Part shown: piece after piece, positions 38,101-49,752 of the stretch
Layout of the letters: each line of letters begins with the position of its first letter
Position numbering within the stretch: the first letter of the stretch is position 1
Assembly (NCBI GenBank): GCA_009103225.1
Contig: RHPI01000575.1
Span: 91,317 to 155,316, forward strand
Direction of reading: 5' to 3'
Length of the DNA stretch: 64,000 nucleotides
DNA from: Chlorokybus atmophyticus
Lineage: Eukaryota > Plantae > Mesostigma and Chlorokybus algae
The notes under the pieces: model-generated
What the model was told of the DNA's origin: nothing
Seen by the model: only the letters and a program-made list of their open reading frames with translations
Databases searched by the model: none
Made by a program: the position numbers and the translations under genes

Positions 38101-39710
38101 GGACTTGGCAACCTGGTCCACTTGCAAGGAGGTGTACAGCTGCGCATAAAAGTCCCGCGTGGCCGCGAGGAGATCCGATTGCTCGCTTAGCGGGGGATTG
38201 TGAGGGACCGTCGTGTGATTAAGCTCCGGCATCGGGGAAGAGAGTCTGTCTGCCCGCCCCTTGGCAAAGAAAGAGCTGCTCATCCTCTCCCCCTCCAGCC
38301 TCCAACGCGAAGAAAAGCGGATGAAAGAGCCTTCCACCGCCCGAGTTTCCAACGCCCGCAAGGAGGATTGTAGGCGCAGGCCTTCTTCTTGCCAACGTGC
38401 GTCTTCCGGAGACAGGCATAATGCCTGCTCGTTGGCATGCAGCAGGAGGCGAAGGTTGTTCTCGTCCCTTCCTCGCTCCGCCTTCCTCCGCGTAGCATGC
38501 TGCTTGGCGAGCATCGCCAAGGAGTCAAGGCCGGCCTCGAACCACTCAACGCGCTGGGCCGGGGGCGGGTGCTGAGCTTGATGATGAGACCAAAGTTCTT
38601 CCGCGTCCGAGCAGAAAGAGGGATCCTTAAGCAAGGAGGGGTCGAACTTTCAATACCCCGGCCCTCGTGGGACCGAAGCGGGTGAGTGCAGGCTGAGAAG
38701 GACGGGTTTGTGGTCTGACAACGTCTCCCCCATGCGTACCTCGGCTTGCACAGTGAGCGTGCGCATGTCGATGCTCATATACAGCCGGTCGAGCCTGGCA
38801 GCCCTGCGTGCAGCACCCAGGCGGGCGTTGCACCACGAGTGGCTGACGTCCTCCGGGTGAAGAGCCCGGAACGTATCTTCCACCTCCAGTCCGTCCGCGA
38901 GCTCAGCGAATGAGGCAGGGGAGAACGCGGACACGTCCGAGGAGCTGTGCGAGCGGTCCAACCGCGCGTCCTCGACAAAGTTTCAGTCCCCCCCCAGCAC
39001 GCGCCAATCCGCGGGGGGGAGGAAACTAGAGAGCTCCGAGAAGAAGGAAGATCTCTCCGAGGAAGTGTTGGGCGCGTATATTGAAGCCAGGAGGAGGAGC
39101 TTTCCTTCCCAGCGCACGCGCACCCAGCAGCAGCGAGAAGCCACGCAAACTCCGGAGTCTAACACCCTTTGTTTCCAGCTCGAGGGGAAGAGGATTGCCC
39201 CCCCACCNNNNNNNNNNNNNNNNNNNNNNNNNNNNNNNNNNNNNNNNNNNNNNNNNNNNNNNNNNNNNNNNNNNNNNNNNNNNNNNNNNNNNNNNNNNNN
39301 NNNNNNNNNNNNNNNNNNNNNNNNNNNNNNNNNNNNNNNNNNNNNNNNNNNNNNNNNNNNNNNNNNNNNNNNNNNNNNNNNNNNNNNNNNNNNNNNNNNN
39401 NNNNNNNNNNNNNNNNNNNNNNNNNNNNNNNNNNNNNNNNNNNNNNNNNNNNNNNNNNNNNNNNNNNCCCCCCCCCCCGACTGCCCTCCGCAGGCGCCCA
39501 CACCGAACCCCCTTTCCAGAAGCGTTGCAGCCACTGGGAGTCCGACGAGGCATCAAGTTTGGTTTCCTGAAGAAGTAGGAACATGTTGTCCCCTTCCTCC
39601 CATTCTCTTACGCGACGCGCTAGGGTCGAGCGTTTGCTGCGCCCGAGATAAGACGCAGCGCCCCCCAAACCCCGCACGTTCCAGGCACACACTGTGAGTG
39701 CGGCCTTCAT
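35106..39710 (-). pseudogene. L1 ORF2: APE endonuclease, reverse transcriptase and C-terminal zinc-binding region; stops and frameshifts
   Basis: APE: VCAWNVRGLG, LLLQETK, ASIYAPN, LGGD*N, RLDRLY, SDHKPV. RT: KSPGRDG, NWRPITLL, LLLLDFEKAFDR, SVRQGCPMAPALF, FAFADDT. C-terminus: CLSCHAVGMETTLHLFFSC. Tx1-type LFYN...GK...W...G..RVCDLW. Confidence 0.93.
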
Positions 39711-42418
39711 GGTAAGAGAAGAAGGTCGTCCTCGTGGGGAAGGCCGAGCAGCTCCGAGAGGAAGATGTCGCCCCAGTCCACGGCTGCCCACTGCAGGGCG
39801 TCAATCAGCGTGGTATCTGCGTTGCGGGGGAGGGGGAGCAGCTGTGTGAGGCCTGTCTCCGCAGCAACCGAAGAGCGGAAGCCACGATGGGGCCCACCAA
39901 TGCATCCACCCCACCCGCCACGCCATGAAGTTTGCGGACATTGGCCCACACCACGTCCCCTTCCCCCGTGGCGTGGAAGGAGTCCGGGAGGGTGACCACC
40001 CACACCTTGCATTGCGGCACCCCCTCGTCCTGCAGGAGGAGCGACAATGAGCTGGAGGCCGCTTCCCACTCCTCCCATGGCACATCCAGGGGCAGTTGAA
40101 GCGCTCCCGCTGCCAAGGTGCGCAACTGCGGTTCCGAGGCTGTCTCCTCCGAGCCAGCCAAAGCGAAGGGCACGGGAGACAGCTGCGGGCTGTCTCCCGT
40201 GCCCTTCTACCCAAGCCCAACCACCATTCCCCTTCATGGCAGCGCAGCACAGCCATGATGGCACGCACCGCGCGAGGGGGTGGCGCCTTCTCCGGGGAGC
40301 GAAAGCGAGTGCGCAGCGCAGGCTGCAAGTGCACCGGACTGGGCGGAGCGTCTGCTGCTGCGTGCAACACCGGCTTGGGTGGAGAGAACAACCTCTTCAC
40401 CACGGACAGCCTCGGAAGCGTGCCGGCCGAGGAAGAGGAGGGGTCCGTCAGCAGCGGGGAAGTGGGCTGCTGCTGAGCTGACTGCCAGGCCTGGAAGGCC
40501 GCCAGGAGCATGAACCCCAGCGTCGCCGTGCGCCCCGCTGCGCTCGTGCGTAGGCCCTCCTCCCACTCCGCGATGGAAGCCCAACGTTGCTCGAGGCCGA
40601 GGGGCTGAGTGTGGGAGCCATCCTCCGGGACAACAATCAGCAGGTAGAGCTTGACCCGTCGTGTGCCCTTGCCCCGGACAGCGGCAATGTTGGAGAGCGC
40701 GGCCGACAACGCCAACTCCTCCGTTGTCGTGTTCAGCGGGTAGCCGATGGAGAGGAGTGTCTCCCTCAGCTGTGCACAGAACCATGACTCGGTGGGGGGA
40801 GAGGCAGCGAGAGGGGGAGGGAGCTTCTCCACCCGCATACCCGAGCTTCGCCCCACATCCGAGAGTAGCACTTTGGCCTTGCCTTCGGCGTACCCGCGCG
40901 CGTGGAGATGGCTCCCAACCACCGGCACCACATACACCGTGTCGAAGACGCCCTCCCCCACATCCACCCCGAGAGAATGGAGCAGTGGAGAGAGCACCTC
41001 GGAGAGAACAGGTGCGGGGGGGTCCTGGGGACGGGCCTCAGGCTCCGCCAGCTGTTGTTCTTCCTCCAACATGTCACACCATTGACGGGACGGGCTGTCC
41101 CCCTGCAATGCGGGGAGGAGCCAGTCCGCAACGGAAGGCTGCGCACCAGCTGCAGGCGGGGAGGAGGGAGGTGCAGACGACGAGGCAACTTGGCGCTTGC
41201 CCTTGCGTTGCGCCTGCTGCCAGCCCTCCTTCTCCTCCTCCGCGGGCGCCACGAGCATGGCCTCTGATACCTCCCGCTGCGCAGGCAGACGCGGACGGGG
41301 AGCTAGCTGGTTCGTCGTGCGCTCGGATGCAGAGCGCCTGGTGTCCTCTCGCCTCTCCGCTGCATGTGTGGCAACAGTGGGAGGGGGGAGGGGAGGTGCT
41401 GCTGCTGCGGGAAGAACTGACGGGGCAGTCGAAGCAGCTTGTCCAGCTGCGCGCGCGCGAGGGCAGCGTGCACGAACATGGCCAGGCTGCTTGCACAAGA
41501 AGCAGGTGGGAGGAGTGGCAGATGTCACCACGTCCACCGTGTATGTGAGCCAGCTGTCCGCTTGCTTCACGCGGAATGCAAGCTTCTTGGGAATCACCGC
41601 CTCGGGCGTGGAAGGAAGCGGTAGCGTGTGCTCGAAGTTTCGAAGAGCGGAACCTCTCCTGTCTGAGCGTTCGGGAGAGCCTCGCCCAGCACCCCTAGCT
41701 GCTGCACGGCTGCCCGGATGAAGGGGAGAAGCTCCGGCCTCATGCCCAAGAAGGAGATCCAGAAGCGGGAAGGGGAGGCCTCCTCCCACCGATGCACACG
41801 AACGGTCTTGTGGCTGCACGGAGGAAGAAGGTTGCGCTTGGCAAGGGAAAGGACGTGCTCCGCACCTGCCACGGATGTGAACACGCATTGCACATCCCCG
41901 GTTCCGGCAATTGGATGCACCGAGGACAACAAGCTAGCCTGCTGCCCCTCCGAGCACACCGCTTGCAACCAAGCAAGCCGCACACTCGTAGCTGATGTGA
42001 GAGATGCGGCGAAAGGAAAAGTAAAGACGAGTGCGCGCGAGCGGAGCACGCACAACCAGTCCTCAAACAGTGGGGAAGCTACCGTGATCTCTAAGCATTC
42101 AGCAGGCCCCTCCAGAGAAGGGGTGACTAGCAAAGAGCCAGGGCAACCCGACACAACCGTAGCTAGGCACTCAGCTGTGGGAGGAGGGGCCTCTTGCGAA
42201 GCCCTGGAAAGCGTGGTAGACAAGCCCGGGGCAGGACGGCCAGCAGGGTGCCGTGGGTCTCCTGCGCTCCAGGCGCCTCCGGCCACCTCAAGCGAGGCGG
42301 TGGCCTGGGGCAGCCCCTCCCCTTGAAGGGGGGGAGGGGAAGGCTGAGCTGGCTGAGCCGGTAGAGGGGAGGCAGGCGCAGCAAGCATGGCCTCCGCGCT
42401 GTCCATCTCCTCAGTCAT
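39707..42418 (-). pseudogene. L1 ORF1 (gag-like): RRM-like region, CCHC zinc knuckle, Pro-rich linker and a long C-terminal globular region; frameshifted
   Basis: ATG at 42418; zinc knuckle CFLCKQPGHVRARC; about 2.7 kb over at least three frameshifts; final frame stops at 39707-39709. Confidence 0.8.
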
Positions 42419-45400
42419 GTTGACCAGGGTTGACCAACCCAAAGATAGATTTGCTACAAAGGGCGGCGGGGTGGCCAGGTCAGGGGCAGGACCCCATCCC
42501 CAACCACCCCCCCAACGACGTGAAAGCTCCCCCCCCCTCCCAAGCTACTCCGCCGCCGCCGCCGATCACTAGGCTCCCGTTGTTCGTCCGCCAGCGGCCG
42601 GATGTTGGTACTTGCAGCTGCGCCAATCAGAGAGTTGCATCGCTTCTGCCGTGGTAAACGGGGCCGTTAACCGTCAACCACCGCTGGCTTGCGGTGCGCA
42701 TCACCCTTGGTTTTGCACAAAAGTCCGTACTCACGCGCATTTTGCGCAAAAAAATACAGGTTTCTAACGCACGCCGCCCTCATAGAACGGCCGCATAGGG
42801 CCGCTTGCCCCGATTGCCAGCGCTTCGATCAAAATTTCACGTCGGTCAAAAGGCGAGAGAACGATTAGGGCTTAGCCCTAGGGGGGGTTAGGGTTATCGC
42901 CAGGTGACAGAGCCGACACCCGCGTGCCCGAGTCTTTAAAGTCTGCAGACTCTGCAGAGCCTGCGCCTAAGCCTTCAGGGCTACGGATTAGGCCTAGCCA
43001 CACGCGCGCTGTCTCGTGGTGCTTGCAAGCGGCGTGAATGCTGCGGCGGATGCAGAGGATTTGTCGAGTAGAGTAGTAGCACACAAGCCACACCTCTGCA
43101 TGGGGCGGCTCCGACGTCGCGGCGGCGGCGGCGGCGGCGCTGTGCACGTCTTGGTGGCCGTGTTTGCTTTGACCTAACCAGGATTTCCAAAGAGCTCGCC
43201 AGGTTCCCAACGCGGTGAGGGCCCGTTGGCCGGCACACAGCACCCACTGGCAACTTGCCAGCAACTACTGTCCCAGCATTCGTCAGTTTGGCAAGAGACT
43301 CAGGCGAGCACTGCATGCAATGCTCGCCTGAGTCTCCTCTTGGGCAAAAGGCTGCGTTGGCCTCTCTTGTTAATCAGCAGTTGCGTGTTGTCCCCAACTA
43401 GAACGCCGCGTCTCACGCGGTTCCTGCTGCATGCCGCTGCCTGAGGTGCAGGCTGCCCAACATCACACAACCAGATGCATGTGAACTTCGTCACGCACAC
43501 TCTGAGGAGGAGCGTCATTGAGCGCACGGTCGTGGCTGCAGAGTACTCACACATGGACAGGCCTGTGTATCCATGTTGGCATGTGCCGTGCACATGCATT
43601 GCCCCCTCATGTTGGTTGACCGGGTGTCGCGTGCACACCGCAGGACTGCTAGTGACGCAAACCAGCCACTTGCGTGAGAAACGCATCAACGACAAGTTGA
43701 TCGCTTGACAAGAGCGCCAGCTCACCCACCCGCTCCAGATCTAACCATGCTTCGTGCTGCTCGTCCTCATCCCCTCTTGCTCCGCCTCCTCCTTGTTCTG
43801 GTCGTTGTCCACCTCGCCGGTGCCTCTACTGCAAGCGGGGAGCGCGCACCGAGGAGGGCGCTGCTGCTGGCTGGAGGGAGTGGCGGTCATAATGATGAGG
43901 TGTTGAGCAGGACCGCGGGTGGCGTGCCGTGCTACGAAGGCCGCCCGCTGCCCAACCTCTTCCTCATTGGTGGGCAGAAGTGTGGCTCCACCACTCTCTG
44001 GGGCTATTTTGTCAGATGTGTGCTTGAAACGCGCAACGCTGACAGCGCGGCCTGACATTGACACACTTCATGTGCTTCTGCAGTGAAGCCTTTGGCAAGG
44101 GAGCGGTAAGCCCTTTGGCGTGTTTGAGATGCTTCAAGATGTGTACTAACTGAGGCCACGCACAACACACGCACGCACAGCATTGGTGTGTGTGTGTGTG
44201 TGTGTGTGTGTGCTTCAAATCAATCAAGCAGGTTTTCAAGTACGAAAAAGAGCTTCGCTTTTTACAACAACGGCTGTTGCCGCAAAGAACACCGGATTTT
44301 TTGGCAGAGTACTCAAAGATCTACCCCCGGTGCTCTGACAGCCGCCTCGCAGATGGGGTAAGAGCTGATATTGTCAACAAGGATGCTCTAATGCACTTGT
44401 CGTTTCAACATCAGCATGCAAAAGCCCAACCGTGACGTGCACACCCTTGTGTATGCACTCGCTTGTGGCCCGTGCATGCCGCACTACATATACATACATA
44501 TAGACCGCGCACGCAAGCAACTACATAGATTAGCACAGGCATATGCCCGTGCTCACATGCACACACACATGCACTAACATACACGCATATGCAGAGGGTG
44601 CGTTACGTGACGGACAGCACACCGATTTATCTGCTCTTGCTAAACACACCGATGCACATTGGCCAGCACTACTCCCGTTACGGGCTCGACGCAGAACTCA
44701 AGTTTATGGTCAGTCCTGACCTGTGTGACTTGTGTGACCTGTTTATATTTACGGTTTATGGTTTAGGTCTCCCTGCGCGACCCCGTCGAACGCACCCTCT
44801 CATGGTTTGGGCACACTGGCCGAATTACATATCACATCCCGTGCCACGTTGAATTTGATCCATGGGCCCAACAGGCCCTGGCCGAGGCCCGCACCTGCAT
44901 GGCCGCACGCCAACATCTGCCCAAGCCACGGGTGCTTCAGCTCGTGCATCGATTTGTACGACATGCACTGCCTGCATTGAAAGAGATTTTGATCAGCGGT
45001 TGTGTGCAGGTTTATGAGGAGTGTCGGCCTTCTATTCTGTTGGACTCATGGTATGCCGTTCAGTTGAACTTGTGGTGGAGGCTCTTCCCACCTCAGAGGC
45101 AATTTCTCATCGTGGACTTCCACAAGTTAGTGTACCAGCGCGAGGCCACTATCGTGCGCATGCTCGACTTCCTCGGGATCGAGTACGAGCTCCCGCTCCC
45201 GGACCTAGAAGTGCACAACAACCCCATGTCCAGTCACGATGTCTGCGCCATGCCAACCATGTCGAACGAGACGCGTGCAATGTTGGTGGAGTTCTTTCAA
45301 CCGCTCAATGAGCAGTTGAAGTCGTTGTTCGAGCGGTATGGTGTATCTAAATGGTTGCCAGAGTTTGTGTAACCGAGAGTATGTGGGTGAGGCGGGACGG

Positions 45401-47043
45401 CAAGATGAGCAACTCAAACGGGAGAGGATGCGGGAAGACGGTAAACACTTGGACAGCAATGAGGAGGATTTGGAGCTTGTGGAGCAGGGTTTAAAGCTTG
45501 AGGAGGATGCTAATGATACCGATATGTATGAGTATGACGACGCCCCATAGATAGCAAGGATTTGTGAAACTTGACCGGTTGTGTAGTATTGTTGTTTGCA
45601 TAAGCACTGAAGTAGCATCTAAAATATGTGCATATGTGTTTTGTAAGTTTTTTATGTCTCTGTGCGCACAATCAAGTATAGGTCTACGCGGTGTAAGAAC
45701 CAATGAGTGTAGAGACAGCAGCAGCGTTGGTTATAATGTCCAATATTGTGTCATAATAATGTTGTTGCTAAAATTGCGTACAGTAATCATGATGTACCAA
45801 GTCACTATGCGGTTCAATTTATTAGCTAACCTGGGCCCGGAACGAGGACGCCAAAGGGAGGTTAACTTTTGCAGTTGGAGAGCTGGCGTGCTAATGAGGC
45901 GTGCTACGCAGTGTCTGCCGCAGGAGGGGCAAATGCAAGAGCAAGGGCGAAGGCCGTGACAGCGTCATTGCATCGCCATAGTCCTTCGAGGACTCCTTGT
46001 CTCTTAGCACCGAGGCCACGAAGGGGGTGGTGGTGATTATGGTGCCAGCAGTGCTGCTACCAGTGTCAGTCTTTCAAGCAGCGGTGGTTGTGCGTGTACG
46101 CAAGACCACTCCTGGAGCAAGAGGCAGCGCAGATGGTGCTCCCAACCCTTCGGCAGCGAACCTGACATGACTCTGGCAGAGCCGAAATGGACGCAGTCGC
46201 TTGTCTTCAAGAAGATTGTGGGCAATGGCGACCTCGTGCCACACAGCTGCGGTGACGTCATCTAGGTAGTCCGCGGCAAGGACAAACTTTTGGTGTCATT
46301 CCATTGGTTTTTGGCTCGATGCTTCACGGTCAAGATGATGGAGTTAAAGCAGTGTATCAAGTTCCGCAAAGAGATAGCTCCTGCAGCGCCGATGAAGACC
46401 AACCTTCTGTTGCTGTTGCGATTGCCAATCGCAACTGCCCCTTCAGACGGCCTAAAGGGCAGCCGTATCTTCTTCGCTATTGGAGCTGACAACGCGGTTG
46501 AAAGGAAGCCAATAACTTACAGCAGTGGGTGCGTCACCAATTTGAGTGTACATGAAGTTAGTGCAGAGGTTGTTTTGATTAATGCAGTATTCATGTTAAA
46601 TCAATCGTGATTAAACTTCATACGCATTTTATATGAAGGTCACAATAGCACATAATAGTTTTTATTGATGCAGTATCAAATCCATACACTTCACATGGAT
46701 TCAACGTAATATCACTTCATGTTGATTCATGTGGAAACGATAGCAATGTGCGCTCATGTCCGTGGCATGCATATAACATATAACCGTTATATAACTTGAA
46801 GTCTTTTCATGCAATGCACACATAGTAAATACTTGATATAGGCAGCATGATCAGCAACAAGTAGCAATGCAAGGTGCATGCATGTTACCATCACGTACAC
46901 CTTGCTGCTATCACATACAACATATCGCTACTCGCTGAACTGTACAACCTCTAGGGACATAAGCTAACTAAATATCAGCCATATTATCACACATGCCGCC
47001 AACGCCTTCATTAGCGCCCTCGTGCGCCACCGCCCGCCATTAA
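41684..47043. repeat. 5.36-kb segmental duplication, copy 1
   Basis: Matches 47690-53049 at offset 6006. Confidence 0.95.
43747..45372 (+). CDS. Spliced PAPS-dependent sulfotransferase, heparan-sulfate sulfotransferase (HS3ST/NDST)-like, with N-terminal signal/anchor
   Basis: Hydrophobic N-terminus LLLRLLLVLVVVHLAGA; 5'-PSB loop LPNLFLIGGQKCGSTTLW; KELRF; VTDSTPIY; 3'-PB VSLRDPVERTLSW; SWYAVQLNLWWRLFP..QFLIV; FFQPLNEQLKSL. Confidence 0.88.
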
Positions 47044-47070
47044 CCCTGTCAAGTCTTTCAAACCTCACCA

Positions 47071-47600
47071 TTGAAGCGAACTCTGCGCCGGCATGTGAAG
47101 GCTGGCCCAAGTGGCGTCCACAACTACACCTTGTACCAGGCATCAATGGGTGCGGTGTGTTGGCAAGAAGACTCGGTGCAAGAACAAGTGGTCCTTAAGA
47201 TCATCGTTCCAGCACGTCGTGGCAGCAGCACCACTGGGGGGCACTGGACATTATTGTACACTAGCTGCAACCACCCCGTCGGTGCCGGCATCAAGCCCTC
47301 GACCCCTTTGTGCATGGCATTTGCGAGCCGCGCTAAGCAAAACACGGCTGTCATCAGACGCTTCTACGGCAACCGCACCATTGCAGAGACCCATGCTCAA
47401 AGTCGACAGTGTAATAAATTACCTGACGGGAAATGTTCATCGTATCACGATCACGTTTATTTATGATGCAAGCAAATCTCTTCGTAAGGAAGACTGCGAC
47501 GGCGCTGCTCAACGCTTTCACATTACCGTATGCGCAGTGCCCTTCCGCCATCAGGCTCATGTTTCGCCACGCTCTGTACCACGGCGTAAATCTTGACCAG

Positions 47601-47601
<1 letters not shown>
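47071..47601 (+). pseudogene. Diverged paralogue fragment of the PDF1/FOCL1-like exons of the NIDO gene
   Basis: GIKPSTPLCMAFASRAKQNTAVIRRFYGNRTI vs GIKLSTTLWAAFASRAPEDAAVIRRVYGNRTM; TALLNAFTLPYAQCPSAIRLMFRHALYHGVN vs AALLNALTLPYAQCPSGVKLQFRHALYHGVN. The equivalent acceptor reads tgcaa instead of tgcag; no last exon follows. Confidence 0.8.

Positions 47602-47602
<1 letters not shown>

Positions 47603-47646
<44 letters not shown>
47603..47646. repeat. (CT)n microsatellite directly after the paralogue exon
   Basis: Pure CT run, then a G-rich tract joining to the L1 fragment. Confidence 0.9.
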
Positions 47647-47653
<7 letters not shown>

Positions 47654-47689
47654 CTCTCTTTGTGAGGTGGGGAGGGGCGCGGGGGGGGG

Positions 47690-48598
47690 GCCCAGCACCC
47701 CTAGCTGCTGCACGGCTGCCCGGATGAAGGGGAGAAGCTCCGGCCTCATGCCCAGGAAGGAGATCCAGAAGCGGGAAGGCGAGGCCTCCTCCCACCGATG
47801 CACACGAACAGTCTTGTGGCTGCACGGAGGAAGAAGGTTGCGCTTGGCAAGGGAAAGGACGTGCTCCGCACCTGCCACGGATGTGAACACGCATTGCACA
47901 TCCCCGGTTCCGGCAATTGGATGCACCGAGGACAACAAGCTAGCCGGCTGCCCCTCCGAGCACACCGCTTGCAACCAAGCAAGCCGCACACTTGTAGCTG
48001 ATGTGAGTGATGCGGCGAAAGGAAAAGTAAAGACGAGTGCGCGCGAGCGGAGCACGCACAACCAGTCCTCAAACAGTGGGGAAGCTACCGTGATCTCTAA
48101 GCATTCAGCAGGCCCCTCCAGAGAAGGGGTGACTAGCAAAGAGCCAGGGCAACCCGACACAACTGTAGCTAGGCACTCAGCTGTGGGAGGAGGGGCCTCT
48201 TGCGAAGCCCTGGAAAGCGTGGTAGACAAGCCCGGGGCAGGACGGCCAGCAGGGCGCCGTGGGTCTCCTGCGCTCCAGGCGCCTCCGGCCACCTCAAGCG
48301 AGGCGGTGGCCTGGGGCAGCCCCTCCCCTTGAAGGGGGGGAGGGGAAGGCTGAGCTGGCTGAGCCGGTAGAGGGGAGGCAAGCGCAGCAAGCATGGCCTC
48401 CGCGCTGTCTATCTCCTCAGCCATGTTGACCAGGGTTGACCAACCCAAAAATAGGTTTGCTACAAAGGGCGGCGAGGTGGCCAGGTCAGGGGTAGGACCG
48501 CAGCCCCAACCACCCCCCCAACGACGTGAAAGCTCCCCCCCCCTCCCAAGCTACTCCGCCGCCGCCGCCGATCACTAGGCTCCCGTTGTTCGTCCGCC
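47690..48598 (-). mobile_element. 5' fragment (5'UTR and start of ORF1) of the same L1 family
   Basis: Homologous to 41684-42592 with about 15-20 substitutions (e.g. MAEEIDSAEAMLAALAS vs MTEEMDSAEAMLAAPAS). Confidence 0.9.
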
Positions 48599-49752
48599 AG
48601 CGGCCGGATGTTGGTACTTGCAGCTGCGCCAATCAGAGAGTTGCATCGCTTCTGCCGTGGTAAACGGGGCCGTTAACCGTCAACCACCGCTGGCTTGCGG
48701 TGCGCATCACCCTTGGTTTTGCACAAAAGTCCGTACTCACGCGCATTTTGCGCAAAAAAATACAGGTTTCTAACGCACGCCGCCCTCATAGAACGGCCGC
48801 ATAGGGCCGCTTGCCCCGATTGCCAGCGCTTCGATCAAAATTTCACGTCGGTCAAAAGGCGAGAGAACGATTAGGGCTTAGCCCTAGGGGGGGTTAGGGT
48901 TATCGCCAGGTGACAGAGCCGACACCCGCGTGCCCGAGTCTTTAAAGTCTGCAGACTCTGCAGAGCCTGCGCCTAAGCCTTCAGGGCTACGGATTAGGCC
49001 TAGCCACACGCGCGCTGTCTCGTGGTGCTTGCAAGCGGCGTGAATGCTGCGGCGGATGCAGAGGATTTGTCGAGTAGAGTAGTAGCACACAAGCCACACC
49101 TCTGCATGGGGCGGCTCCGACGTCGCGGCGGCGGCGGCGGCGGCGCTGTGCACGTCTTGGTGGCCGTGTTTGCTTTGACCTAACCAGGATTTCCAAAGAG
49201 CTCGCCAGGTTCCCAACGCGGTGAGGGCCCGTTGGCCGGCACACAGCACCCACTGGCAACTTGCCAGCAACTACTGTCCCAGCATTCGTCAGTTTGGCAA
49301 GAGACTCAGGCGAGCACTGCATGCAATGCTCGCCTGAGTCTCCTCTTGGGCAAAAGGCTGCGTTGGCCTCTCTTGTTAATCAGCAGTTGCGTGTTGTCCC
49401 CAACTAGAACGCCGCGTCTCACGCGGTTCCTGCTGCATGCCGCTGCCTGAGGTGCAGGCTGCCCAACATCACACAACCAGATGCATGTGAACTTCGTCAC
49501 GCACACTCTGAGGAGGAGCGTCATTGAGCGCACGGTCGTGGCTGCAGAGTACTCACACATGGACAGGCCTGTGTATCCATGTTGGCATGTGCCGTGCACA
49601 TGCATTGCCCCCTCATGTTGGTTGACCGGGTGTCGCGTGCACACCGCAGGACTGCTAGTGACGCAAACCAGCCACTTGCGTGAGAAACGCATCAACGACA
49701 AGTTGATCGCTTGACAAGAGCGCCAGCTCACCCACCCGCTCCAGATCTAACC

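Larger units (their letters stand above)
34954..42592 (-). mobile_element. Near full-length decayed L1 (Tx1-like) non-LTR retrotransposon
   Basis: ORF1 plus ORF2, a 15-nt poly(A) tail (T run at 34954-34968), and a candidate 11-bp TSD AG(T/C)GGCCGGAT at 34944-34954 and 42593-42603. Confidence 0.92.

Noticed and set aside
39208-39467. 260-N gap as a possible insertion in the L1 endonuclease
   Set aside because: The flanks read SRGG...AILF, a normally contiguous APE motif, so little sequence is likely missing. All multi-N gaps (18880, 39208, 53373) sit at C-runs, pointing to sequencing failure.
42865-42896. Interstitial telomere or telomere-targeted L1 (ttagggcttagccctagggggggttagggtta)
   Set aside because: Only two TTAGGG units, about 270 bp outside the candidate TSD.
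45338-45550. Acidic 70-aa ORF overlapping the sulfotransferase stop (also 51344-51556)
   Set aside because: Lies in the expected 3'UTR; could be an alternative last exon, but no convincing splice sites were found.
46037-46610. Short ORFs on both strands (duplicated at 52043-52616)
   Set aside because: No recognisable domain; possibly TE debris.
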